NCBI RefSeq assembly: GCF_049584895.1
Contig: NZ_JBAUYR010000036.1
Coordinates: 122,191 to 186,190 of the forward strand
Length of the DNA: 64,000 nucleotides
From: Candidatus Binatus sp.
GTDB taxonomy: Bacteria > Desulfobacterota > Binatia > Binatales > Binataceae
Reading direction: 5' to 3'
The position numbers were made by a program, and so were the translations under genes. The notes under the pieces are model-generated. The model was not told the DNA's origin. It did not search any database and worked only from the letters and a program-made list of their open reading frames with translations. This document shows, in pieces, positions 48,807-58,405 of this stretch. Each line of letters begins with the position of its first letter. Within the stretch, counting starts at the first letter, position 1.

Positions 48807-49870
48807 GGCATCAGCGCGGCTGTCAGTTCAGGAAAGTCGGCTCGCATCTCGCCGAGCATCCGGCGCGCCTGCGCGAGCGCGTGCGGAATGAACGGACGAT
48901 AGCCGGTCTTGCCGTTGCGCTCGAACATCTCGAAACGTCCGATCATTTTGAGCGCATGCTGTAAAACGCACAGCCGATAGCTGTTCATGAATTCTGTCGC
49001 GTCGAGCGCCTGGACGCCACGACGAGCGAGTCCGGCGCAGTAGAAATCGAGGATGCGGCGCTCGATTGCCGGAGTTACGACTTCATCAGTGTCGCGCGTC
49101 GTCATCAGCACGGCGAGGTCCTGCGCGGCGGGCGCCATGAGCGCATCCTGAAAATCGATGATGCGAATCCGCGGCCTGTTTTGATTTGGCAGATTTTGCA
49201 GGTACAGGTTTTCGCGGTGGTAGTCGCGATGCGACAGCACGCGCGGAAAGCGATCGAGCCGCGCAGCGAGCGTCGCGATCTCAGGTGCGATCGGAGAATA
49301 ATCCGCGCCAGGCGCAACCGCCTCGAGACCGACTTCTCCAAATTCCTTCAGTTCCCATTCGAAGAGCCGGCCGGTATAGGAAATTTCGTGCGCGACACAT
49401 CGAGAGTCGATTCGAGCGGTGCCGTCAACGTGTATCCGGAGCAGTTCGGACGCGGCCAGCCGAAAGAGATCCGCGGCGTCGGCGCCGGGACGGCGGACGG
49501 CGTCGAGCAGGGAGAGTTGGCCGACGTCCTCGACCAGCATCGCGCGCCGCGCGGGATCCGCGCCGTACAATGCGGGGACAGGCGAACCGATCGATTCGAG
49601 AAAGCGATGCACGTTGATCCACGGCGGCTCGGTGATCGGCGAAGGCAGCAGATTGAGCACGCGGACGTAGCGCGGCAAGTCATCGGGGCCGAGGTCGACG
49701 AGGATTGCGGTGGGGGGGGCCGGTTCGCCGCGCGTCGCGATAGCGACGCGCCAGAAGCGGCGGGTCGACAGATCGCCGCGGAGCGCGGCGATCTGGTCGA
49801 CGCCTGCCCGCGGCCATCGCCGAGCGATGGCCGCTGCTGCCCATGCCTGCATCGCGCCGCTGTCATCCAT
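48803..49870 (-). CDS. aminoglycoside-phosphotransferase-fold kinase, AmgK-like (anomeric MurNAc/GlcNAc kinase candidate)
   Basis: 'LRGDLSTRRFWRV', Brenner motif 'HRDYHRENL', 'IDFQD'. Confidence 0.7.
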   Translation of the reverse strand: MDDSGAMQAWAAAAIARRWPRAGVDQIAALRGDLSTRRFWRVAIATRGEPAPPTAILVDLGPDDLPRYVRVLNLLPSPITEPPWINVHRFLESIGSPVPALYGADPARRAMLVEDVGQLSLLDAVRRPGADAADLFRLAASELLRIHVDGTARIDSRCVAHEISYTGRLFEWELKEFGEVGLEAVAPGADYSPIAPEIATLAARLDRFPRVLSHRDYHRENLYLQNLPNQNRPRIRIIDFQDALMAPAAQDLAVLMTTRDTDEVVTPAIERRILDFYCAGLARRGVQALDATEFMNSYRLCVLQHALKMIGRFEMFERNGKTGYRPFIPHALAQARRMLGEMRADFPELTAALMP

Positions 49871-49925
49871 CGAAGATGGATTCTAGCGGCGCGGGGCATC
49901 CTTGCGCGAGTATGACTCGCGCATC

Positions 49926-49995
49926 AGAAAAACCGGCGCGGCCATCGCTGGCCGCGCCGGTTCATTTCTCAGCCCAGTCGCGAGACGCGCGACTG
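49926..49995 (-). terminator. tandem strong hairpins terminating the 50010..51329 gene: CCCAGTCGCG-agac-CGCGACTGGG, and CCGGCGCGGCCA-tcgc-TGGCCGCGCCGG with a U-tract
   Basis: 12-bp perfect stem 49933-49960, flanked by AAAAA (plus strand) and TTCATTTCT. On the minus strand it is followed by TTTTTCTGATG. Confidence 0.65.
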
Positions 49996-50009
49996 GGATC
50001 TGATGAGCA

Positions 50010-51329
50010 TCAGTCGCCGCCTACCGCATGCCCGCCCTCAGCCGCGCGCGCCATTTGTTCGGGAGTGAACCAGTCGCGATCAACCGAACCCATGTTGATG
50101 AACCATGAATCGTGTGACGGCGCGTCCGGCGATGGATGGTAGCAGACGGTGGAGAAGCCACTCTGCACGTTGATGCTCGACGAGCCGGACTGGAACTCGC
50201 GCTTGAACGGATATATCGCGATTTTGGCCTGAGGCTCCGAGCGATCCGAATAGCGCATCCACGAGGTGTAGTTGACGAACAGCTCGCCGCCGCGATCGTA
50301 CATGTCGTTCGCCATCACGAAGTCCGCTTCCGAATCGATGTACATAATTTCGTGATTGTAGAGCGAGTTGAAGCGGCCGGGACGCGGGCGCCCCTCGATG
50401 ATGTAATAGTGCCGCATCTGCCAGTTGTCGGGGCAATGGCTCGCGCCGCCGTCTGTCGGGCATCGAACGTCGGGAACCTTTGCAATGTTGATCGCGCCCA
50501 GCATGTTCTTCTCGCCGAGCATTTTCCAGTCGTAGTTTTCGTTCTTGCCACTGAAGCCTTCGTAGTGATTCGGGTCGTAGGCCTGCGCTCCGGTGGCCGA
50601 GTCGAGAATGGCGTAGTTCAGGCGGCGGACGCGGCGAGCGCCGGGCGTCCACGTCCAACTGGCGTCCTCGGTGTTGGGATCGGCGTAGCGGAACTTGATC
50701 AATCCGGTTCCGCGCGCGTCCTGCGGCGCGAGCACTGGATAGAGTAGCCCGAGGAAATAACGGCCGGTTTTCTTGAAGTCGGGATCGATCGGCATCGGAT
50801 TGACTTCGGTGCGTCCGACTTCATTGTAACCGGCGTAGTGGCCGACTTCGATATCGGTGATTTCACGGAACGGCGCGTTCCTGCCCCAGTACACGCTGTC
50901 GCAGTCGAACCAGCGCAGATCGTATTCGTCGCTGGAGATCGGCCTGAACGACACGTTCCACATCACTTTGGTTCCTGCATCCGGATCGTTCGCATCAACG
51001 ATCGGGAACGGCTCGCCGGCGACGTAGCCAATCAGGCTGCGATGGTCCGGGGTCAGCCGCACCTGGCTCGAGTACTTCTCGGTCGCGTCCTTGTACGGCG
51101 GCGGCCAATCAATACGCTCGGTCGGTGTGACCTGAATAGTCATCCCGTGCATCACTCGCAGGTACTGTCCCGGAGAGACGAGGTCCCTTACCTTGTAGGC
51201 GTTGTCCGGAGTAATGAAATCCCCCGGTTTCACCTGAGCCGATGCCGGCGCGCTCAAGATCCCGACCGCAAGTATCAACGCGGTCAGAGTTCCGACGCAC
51301 CAGTTCCCCAATCCGATTGCGCGATTCAT
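50010..51329 (-). CDS. hypothetical secreted protein (possibly DUF1329 family)
   Basis: Signal peptide 'TLTALILAVGILSAPASA'. About 440 aa. Family assignment tentative. Confidence 0.6.
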   Translation of the reverse strand: MNRAIGLGNWCVGTLTALILAVGILSAPASAQVKPGDFITPDNAYKVRDLVSPGQYLRVMHGMTIQVTPTERIDWPPPYKDATEKYSSQVRLTPDHRSLIGYVAGEPFPIVDANDPDAGTKVMWNVSFRPISSDEYDLRWFDCDSVYWGRNAPFREITDIEVGHYAGYNEVGRTEVNPMPIDPDFKKTGRYFLGLLYPVLAPQDARGTGLIKFRYADPNTEDASWTWTPGARRVRRLNYAILDSATGAQAYDPNHYEGFSGKNENYDWKMLGEKNMLGAINIAKVPDVRCPTDGGASHCPDNWQMRHYYIIEGRPRPGRFNSLYNHEIMYIDSEADFVMANDMYDRGGELFVNYTSWMRYSDRSEPQAKIAIYPFKREFQSGSSSINVQSGFSTVCYHPSPDAPSHDSWFINMGSVDRDWFTPEQMARAAEGGHAVGGD

Positions 51330-51700
51330 ATTGACTCCTTCTTTCGACAAGTGGTTGCCGTGATCTGGAATTGGTCCGCCACAATCTCTATGCCCACAAA
51401 TGGTCATTAGTCCTGCTGCTCATGATCGTCAATAGGAATAATGATCACAAAGATATTACGCGCATTACCCTCCTGTTTACGCGATAAATTCAGTACCATG
51501 ACTGGAGGTAACACAACGGTCAAGATACTTCCGCGCAAATAATACAGGTTTATACAGCGTAATTAGCTAATACTGACTACCACGCCGGGAACGAGGAAAC
51601 GCGAACACTTTCGCGAGCCTTAGATTCGAAGATCGTTCCAAAAGACGCGCTCATCGGGTATGCATATGAAGATAAGAAGATATTGTAGGGTGGATTGACA

Positions 51701-52054
51701 ATGACGACCTGGTTCCCCGTGGCTGTGACTGTGCTCGTTGCCGGCTTGATCGTCGGCATCATGTGCACGATCAACATGCTGATCGGGCCCAAGCGTCCCA
51801 CCGTGATCAAGGGCGAGGCTTTCGAATGCGGCAATCCGCCGAGCGGCTCAGCCTGGGGACGCTTCTCGGTGCGCTTCTACCTGACGGCGATCCTGTTCCT
51901 GCTGTTCGACGTCGAAGTGATTTTTCTTTATCCGTGGGCGGTCGAGCTGCGCTACCTCGGGATGTTCGGCTTCGTCGAGGCGCTCATCTTCATCGCGATT
52001 CTTGGCGTCGGACTTGTGTACGCATGGCAGCGCGGCGCGCTCGACTGGGACTAG
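51701..52054 (+). CDS. nuoA: NADH-quinone oxidoreductase subunit A
   Basis: 'FECGNPP...RFSVRFYL.AILFLLFDVEVIFLYPWA' matches the NuoA/ND3 signature. Long AT-rich leader upstream. Confidence 0.9.
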   Translation: MTTWFPVAVTVLVAGLIVGIMCTINMLIGPKRPTVIKGEAFECGNPPSGSAWGRFSVRFYLTAILFLLFDVEVIFLYPWAVELRYLGMFGFVEALIFIAILGVGLVYAWQRGALDWD

Positions 52055-52060
52055 CGATCG

Positions 52061-52561
52061 ATGTTGGCAGAAAAAATCAAAGCACGCTTCGGTGCTGAAA
52101 TTCTCAGCGCGCAAAATGAGCGCGACGAAGAAACTTTCACGATCGATCGCGAACGCGCCTACGATTTTTTTCGCGCGCTGCGCGACGATCCTGATTTCGA
52201 ATTCAACGTTCTGACCGACTTGACCGCCGTCGATTGGCTCGAACGCAAGCCGCGCTTCGACGTCGTCTATCAGCTCAACTCTCTGACCCGCGGCCATCGC
52301 ATCCGCGTCAAGATTCGGGTCGACGCCGCCGACCCGTCGGTGCCCAGCGTGGTTGGAGTGTGGGGCGCGGCGGATTGGCTCGAGCGCGAATGCTTCGACA
52401 TGTTCGGGATCGTTTTCAAAGGACACCCCGACCTGCGGCGCATCCTGATGTACGATTCGTTCGAGGGGCATCCGCTGCGCAAGGACTACCTCTATAACAA
52501 GCGCCAACCGATCGTCCCCGAAGTCGACCCGGTCGTGAATCCGATTCGCCAGTCGCGCTGA
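52061..52561 (+). CDS. nuoC: NADH-quinone oxidoreductase subunit C
   Basis: 'LTDLTAVDWLE...RFDVVYQLNSLT...VWGAADWLERECFDMFGIVFKGHPDLRRIL' matches NuoC (30-kDa subunit). Confidence 0.9.
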   Translation: MLAEKIKARFGAEILSAQNERDEETFTIDRERAYDFFRALRDDPDFEFNVLTDLTAVDWLERKPRFDVVYQLNSLTRGHRIRVKIRVDAADPSVPSVVGVWGAADWLERECFDMFGIVFKGHPDLRRILMYDSFEGHPLRKDYLYNKRQPIVPEVDPVVNPIRQSR

Positions 52562-52592
52562 ACAGTTATCCCTCAAAAAGAAAAATAAAATC

Positions 52593-53807
52593 ATGGCACT
52601 ACCGGCGCGCTGGAAAGACATAATCGTCCCCGCGGACCCGTCCGAAGAGATCATGGAACTTCAGATGGGGCCGTCGCATCCGGCGTCTCACGGCACCATC
52701 AAGTTCAACCTCAAGCTCGACGGCGAAAAGATCGTCGATTGCGACGTCGAGGTCGGCTACCTGCATCGCGGATTCGAAAAGATGTGCGAGCAGGGAACCT
52801 GGACGCAATGCTTCCCCTACACCGACCGGCTGAATTACGCGTCGCCATGCATCAACAACGTCGGTTTCGCGCTCGCGGTCGAGCGCCTGCTCGGCATCGA
52901 CACGACCGAGCGATGCAAGTACGTGCGCCTGATCATGAGCGAAGTCGCGCGCATCGCCGATCACCTGACGTGCCTCGGGATGGCGTCGAGCGAAGTCGGC
53001 GCGACCACAGTCGCGTTCTACATGCTCGAGGCGCGCGAGTTTCTCTACGACCTGATCGAAGCGGTCACTGGCGCGCGGCTCACCGTCACTTGGTGCCGCG
53101 TTGGCGGCATGACGCATGACCTGCCCGCGGATTTTAACGATCGGATGAAGGGGTCATTCGCGCGGCTCGACCAGGTCCTGAGCGATTGCGACAAGCTGCT
53201 CTCGCGCAATCGCGTCTTCATCGATCGGATGGCGGGAGTCGGAAAGTTCCCGAAGGAAGAGGCTATCTCGTACGGGCTGACGGGTCCTCTCCTGCGCGCG
53301 GCCGGCGTGTCGTACGACGTTCGCAAGGCGCATCCGTACCTCGTTTACGACCGGATGGAGTTCGAGGTGCCGGTGGGCGACCGCGGCGACAACTACGATC
53401 GCTTCAACGTGCGCTTCCAGGAAATGTATCAATCGAAGCGAATCATCGAGCAAGCGATCGCGGCGCTTCCCGAAGGTCCCGTTACGATCACCGACGCCAA
53501 AGTCGTGCTCCCCGAAAAAGAGAAGGTCTACAACTCGATCGAAGGCCTGATGAACCACTTCAAGCTGATCATGGAGGGGATCCACGTGCCCGCCGGCGAA
53601 GTGTACCAGGCGGTCGAAGGCGCCAACGGCGAGTTGGGATTTTACATCGTGAGCGACGGCAGCGGCCGGCCGTATCGCGTGCGCGTGCGGCCGCCGTGCT
53701 TTCTCGGGATGGGCGCGCTGAACAAGATGCTGATAGGCCGCATGATCCCGGACATCATCACAACCTTCGGCATGATCAACATGATCGGCGGCGAATGCGA
53801 CCGTTAA
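52593..53807 (+). CDS. nuoD: NADH-quinone oxidoreductase subunit D
   Basis: 'MELQMGPSHPASHGTIKFNLKLDGEKIVDCDVEVGYLHRGFEKMCE' canonical NuoD (49-kDa subunit) N-terminus. 404 aa. Confidence 0.95.
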   Translation: MALPARWKDIIVPADPSEEIMELQMGPSHPASHGTIKFNLKLDGEKIVDCDVEVGYLHRGFEKMCEQGTWTQCFPYTDRLNYASPCINNVGFALAVERLLGIDTTERCKYVRLIMSEVARIADHLTCLGMASSEVGATTVAFYMLEAREFLYDLIEAVTGARLTVTWCRVGGMTHDLPADFNDRMKGSFARLDQVLSDCDKLLSRNRVFIDRMAGVGKFPKEEAISYGLTGPLLRAAGVSYDVRKAHPYLVYDRMEFEVPVGDRGDNYDRFNVRFQEMYQSKRIIEQAIAALPEGPVTITDAKVVLPEKEKVYNSIEGLMNHFKLIMEGIHVPAGEVYQAVEGANGELGFYIVSDGSGRPYRVRVRPPCFLGMGALNKMLIGRMIPDIITTFGMINMIGGECDR

Positions 53808-53851
53808 CGACGCGATCGTCAAACATCTTTGTGGATGCGGCGACGAAGAGA

Positions 53852-53927
53852 CCGGAACCGGCCTCGCTGTCGCGAGGCTGTCCGAGATCCTTCCTACCGC
53901 TCGCGTTGCTCGCTTCGTCAGGATGAC
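53852..53927 (+). repeat. copy 2 of the approximately 80-nt structured repeat (see 11008..11092), located 45 nt after the nuoD stop
   Basis: Contains hairpin GCCTCGC-tgtc-GCGAGGC and the AUCCU...AGGAUGAC pairing. No credible downstream ORF on this strand. Confidence 0.5.
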
Positions 53928-53955
53928 GGAAAAGCGCGAATGCGACCGCTAGCGG

Positions 53956-56329
53956 TCAACGACGCGTCATCTGCTCGCCGCCAATCGCGAACGTCCTCCT
54001 CACCAGCGTCGTCGAATCGAAGAACAGAAACGGCGTCGGCATCGTGTCGGGTGGACGCGGCTTGATCGCGAACCCCGGCGTCTCGGGCAATCCGTCTGTC
54101 TGATCGATCACAGTTACGATGAATGGCGCGGGCGTCGCGAGTTTGAGTGTCAGATCGAATCCAGCCTGCGGCACGCCCCAATACCACCCGCTCCATCCGT
54201 CGGTGACGCGATCGCCTGCCGACCTTCCATCGATCGAGCTGCCCAGCACCGTCACTCCCACCGGCACCGCCATCCACACAATCGAAGCCTTGCGCGCCGA
54301 CGCGATATGCATCTTCACGGTGCGGGTGCCGGCTGTAGTGGTCGAGTCATCGAGGACTTTGAGCTGAGGCGGGGCCGCGCTGATGAGCGGAGCGTCTCCC
54401 TCAGTCGTTCGGCCTCGATTCAGATATGCGAAGTCACCCGGGATGTTCGCTAGGTTGCTGTCCGGCGTGTCTCGTGTTGCAAGCCCGGCGAGTTTCGGCA
54501 TCCATCCGCCGCGCAGATGATGCTGAAAAAATTGCGAAGTGAATCTGTCAGGCCGCGAATCCAGGCTGACCCACCGAGCCCGGGCGCGATCAGTATCCTG
54601 AAAATAAAAGATACTGTCCGGATGCGGCTGCGACGCGTCGAAATTGCTGGCGGCATTGCCTTTGATGATCATGACGAGCGCAAGCACTCCGAGCGCGCCG
54701 GGCACAATCCATCGGCGTCCGGCGGTTAGAAAATCGATATAAGGGATGTACAAGCCGAAGAGCAGGACGGCGATCAATCCGGAAAATACCAGGAAGAGCA
54801 TCGTGCCGTCGGGGCTCGCGGCGAATAACGGCGCTAGCATCACGATCGCCGGCGCCATCGCAACCAACGCGAGAATCGCGAAGCGGCGATCGGCGGGATG
54901 CGCGCGAATGCTCGTCGCGACCGTCGCGAACAGCCAGCGGCCAGGTGAAAATGTAGCTGCCACCGGGCATCGCGATGCTCGTGGCGAGCATCATGACGGC
55001 CCAGACCGCGAGCGCGCCCGCGCCGAGGTTTCGCAGATGAAAGCGGCGGCTGAGCACTTCGTACGCGACCCATAAGGAGCCGAAAATCAGCGCGTCAGAT
55101 GCGATCGAGAAGTAGAAGCCGCCGTAGGTCGTGCGGACCGGCAGCATTCGCCATCCGGCGAGCGCCGCCATCAGCCACCACATTGCGCGCGCTTCGGCGA
55201 CCGCGACCACAATTGCGATCGCGTAGATCGCAAATCCGGATGCGATGCCGGCTAAGCTGAATCGTCCGTCGCGGACTCCAATCCACAGCACGCCGAGAAC
55301 GAGGATCGTCACGACGATAGCCAGCGGAATCGCGAGCCGCGCCGAGTAATGAATCAACCTGCCGCCCACGACGAAGAAAACTGCGTCGCTGGTTTGCGGC
55401 GCGGTCAGATCGATCCAGCCGAACTGACGCACCATCGGCAGCGCGTACGATCCCTGATGCTGCAGCGTGCGCTTGGAGAGCAAGCCGGCGTTGTCGAGCG
55501 CGGTGTGATAGCGCGTGATGCCGCCGCCTGCCGCGAAGTTCATCCCGGCCATCCCGGCGTCGAGAAAAACCGTCAGGTCGGTGTCATTGGGCATCCGTTT
55601 GTAAATCGCTTCGGCCGCTGAGGTTGCGTAAGGAAATGGGGCCGCGACTGCAAGCTGATCGATTAGCCATGAGTTGTGCGCGCTGGTCTGGAACATCGTC
55701 GAAGGCCCGTAGTCGCCGCGCATGTCGAAATTCAGCACGACCTTGATGTCGTGGAGCGCCGGATACGTCTCGACGAAACCCTGCGCGCCAAGCAGTCCGA
55801 GCTCCTCGCCGTCGGTAAATAGAACGATCAGATCGTTGCGCAGCGGCGGACCGGCCTTGAGCGCGTGAACTGCCTCGAGGATCGCGGCGACGGACGCCGC
55901 ATCGTCGCCCGCGCCAGGCCCGCTCGGCACCGAATCGTAGTGCGCGACTATCATCACAGCGCCGCTGGGTTGCGTTCCCGGCACTTTCGCCACGATGTTG
56001 TTCACGACCGCCCAGGTATCCGGCCCAAACGGACTGTGCCGCGCGACGGTTGACGTCTGCACTTCAGGATTCGCGCCGAGTTCTCGCAATCGCGCGACGA
56101 GATACTCGCGCACACGAACATTTTCGGCTGAGCCGAGCGGATGCGGTTTCTTCGCGATCTCGCGGACGTCGCGCATCGCCCGCGCTGATGAGAATTCTGT
56201 CGCGGGCGCATTCTCATCAACCGCGGCTGGAGGCTCGACGCTTCGTATCGCTACGAACGCGGTCAGAATCAGCAATGCAAACGTGATTGGTCCGGCGAGA
56301 TAGCCCGAATGGCGCGGTTCGCCCGTCAA
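53956..56329 (-). pseudogene. membrane-anchored M28-family peptidase interrupted by a +1/-1 frameshift near 54920-54930 (or a sequencing error)
   Basis: ORF 54590..56329 carries the M28 domain ('VMIVAHYDSVPSGPGAGDDAASVAAI', 'LFTDGEELGLLGAQGF') and TM region, then degenerates after '...YIFTWPLAV'. ORF 53956..54963 in the adjacent frame continues plausibly ('FATVATSIRAHPADRRFAILALV...'). The overlap is 374 nt. Confidence 0.55.
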
Positions 56330-56468
56330 GTGAGGAGTTCCTTCGCCATCTCAGCGTCACTTATACGCGGATGCCGTCGCCGTAAACAATTGCGCATGCT
56401 CTTTGCGGCGTCGGTCCGCGCCGTTATCATCGTGCTTTGGAGCTGAAGCGGCCTCGACCAGTCACAAA

Positions 56469-57542
56469 ATGTCCTCTCCTGAAGCCACCGCCCCGCAAAT
56501 CGTGCCGTCGCCGCGCCGCATCCTGATCGTGCTGCTCGGTGCGATCGGCGACGTGGTCCGCGCATTGCCGTTGCTCGGGAGAATTCGCAATGCATGGCCC
56601 GACGCGCACATCGCGTGGGCGGTGGAACCCAAGTCGAAAGCGGTGCTCGAGCATCATCGATGGCTCGACGAAATTATCGTCTACGATCGCGCGCATGCGC
56701 CGTGGACCTTTCTCCCATACCTGCTGCGAGTTCGCCGAGGCAATTTCGATCTGGTCATCGATCTCCAGCGCCATCTGAAGAGCGGCTTCACCTCGCGAAT
56801 CTCGGGTGCGCGCGATCGTTTCGGTTTCGCCGCGCCGAACACCAAGGAGTTCAACCATCTTTTTTCGAATCATCAGATCGCGCCGCAGCCGAACATGCGC
56901 CTGAAGCTCGCGCAGTACCAGGCGTTTGGCGACGCGCTCGGACTTGCGCAATCGCCGATCGAATTCGGGCTCGCCGCGACCGACGACGAACGCGCCCGCG
57001 CGCTCGCGATGCTCCGCGACGCGCCCCGTCCTCTGCTGGCCGTGATTCTTGGATCGTCGTGGCCGAGCCGAATCTACTTTCCCGAGTCGACCGCCGCCGT
57101 GATTGGCCGAATCTCAGTTGCCGACGCCGACAGTCCCGCACTATTTCCTGTATTGCTCGGCGGTCCCGACGAAACCAAACTCGCCGACGACGTCATGCGG
57201 CATCTTAACAATGTGCCTGCGCTCAATCTCGCTGGACGCACTTCGCTGCGCGATCTGATCGCGATCTTTCCCGAATGCGCGGTCGCGTTCGGTCCCGACT
57301 CCGGCCCAATGCACATCGCCGCCGCCGTCGGATGCCCGGTCGTATCACTGTGGGGCGCCACCGCCTCCGAACGTTCCGCGCCGTGGGGCTTTGCCGATCT
57401 CGCAATCAGCGGCGCGATTCCCTGTCATCCCTGCTATCTTCGTAAATGCCCAATCGGGCGCGAATGCATGCGGCGAATATCCCCCGAACAAGTCGGCGCG
57501 ACCGTCCGGCGCGCACTCGCGACGCGCGAGGCTCCGCGATGA
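56469..57542 (+). CDS. glycosyltransferase family 9 (ADP-heptose:LPS heptosyltransferase-like)
   Basis: 'RILIVLLGAIGDVVRALPLL' and 'FDLVIDLQ' typical of GT9. Start at ATG 56469. Confidence 0.85.
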   Translation: MSSPEATAPQIVPSPRRILIVLLGAIGDVVRALPLLGRIRNAWPDAHIAWAVEPKSKAVLEHHRWLDEIIVYDRAHAPWTFLPYLLRVRRGNFDLVIDLQRHLKSGFTSRISGARDRFGFAAPNTKEFNHLFSNHQIAPQPNMRLKLAQYQAFGDALGLAQSPIEFGLAATDDERARALAMLRDAPRPLLAVILGSSWPSRIYFPESTAAVIGRISVADADSPALFPVLLGGPDETKLADDVMRHLNNVPALNLAGRTSLRDLIAIFPECAVAFGPDSGPMHIAAAVGCPVVSLWGATASERSAPWGFADLAISGAIPCHPCYLRKCPIGRECMRRISPEQVGATVRRALATREAPR

Positions 57543-58405
57543 GCTGGTGGACCGCGGGCCTGGACGGGGTAGTGTTGACGCGCGGCGGATGGAGCTTTCT
57601 CATCCCCGGCTACGACGCGCGATTTTCAGAGGAGCTGCGCGAAAGCCTGATCGATTCCGCGTTCGCCGCGATCGACGGCACCTTGCCGACTCGCGTGCGC
57701 CGCTCGCGTCACGCCGAGACCTGGCTCGATCATTTCGATCATGGTCTGAATGCATATTTCAAAGTGCTCGATCCGATTCGCGGCTTGCATCGAGCCCGCT
57801 CTGTCTTCAAGCGCAGGCGGGCGGTTCACGTCGCGTCGATCTCGGAGCATCTGCGCGCTGACGAAATTGGAGTTGCTGAAATTCTGCTGCTCGGGTTCGA
57901 GCGCCGTGGCGGCCGCGAGATAATCGTGACCGCGCGCGTCGAAGGATTTAATCTGGTGCGTCATTTGAAGCGCGCCAGGCTCGCGTCACGGCGCATCGTG
58001 TTGCGCGCGCTGGGCGCTGAGATCGCGCGGATGCATCGCGCGGGATACATTCACGGCGACCTGACCCCCTTCAACATTTTCGTGACCGGCCTCGAGCCGC
58101 CCAAATTTGTTTTCATCGATCACGAGCGCACCCGCCGCACGTTCCTCAGCCGCTTAGAGCGGCCGCGGATGCGCAACCTGGTTCAGCTCGGTCATCTCGA
58201 CCTCGGCGGCGTCACCAACACCGATCGCATGCGCGTGTGGATCGGATATTCCGCGAATTTTTCCGATCGACGCCGGCGGATGGAACGACGCCGTATCGCC
58301 GCGATGCTTGCGACTCGAATCGCGCTGGAACGCAAACACGCCGCTGTGACCGCGCGAGCGTCGTCGTCGTCGCTCGGCCGCCATCCGGAGGCGAGCGGAG
58401 GTTGA
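57539..58405 (+). CDS. lipopolysaccharide kinase (Kdo/WaaP/InaA) family protein
   Basis: 'YIHGDLTPFNIFV' catalytic loop. ATGA overlap with the upstream gene. 288 aa. Confidence 0.75.
   Translation: MSWWTAGLDGVVLTRGGWSFLIPGYDARFSEELRESLIDSAFAAIDGTLPTRVRRSRHAETWLDHFDHGLNAYFKVLDPIRGLHRARSVFKRRRAVHVASISEHLRADEIGVAEILLLGFERRGGREIIVTARVEGFNLVRHLKRARLASRRIVLRALGAEIARMHRAGYIHGDLTPFNIFVTGLEPPKFVFIDHERTRRTFLSRLERPRMRNLVQLGHLDLGGVTNTDRMRVWIGYSANFSDRRRRMERRRIAAMLATRIALERKHAAVTARASSSSLGRHPEASGG

Noticed and set aside
51420-51470. Possible FNR/CRP-type site (TTGAT....ATCA-like, ATGATC direct repeat) in the nuoA leader
   Set aside because: The half-sites do not match TTGAT-N4-ATCAA spacing. It is noted only as part of the AT-rich leader.
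53829-54065. ORF starting after the nuoD-proximal repeat (MRPLAVND...) that would make copy 2 of the repeat a 5' leader too
   Set aside because: It is antisense to the well-supported C-terminus of the M28 peptidase and has low-complexity Arg/Ser composition, so it is probably not a gene.
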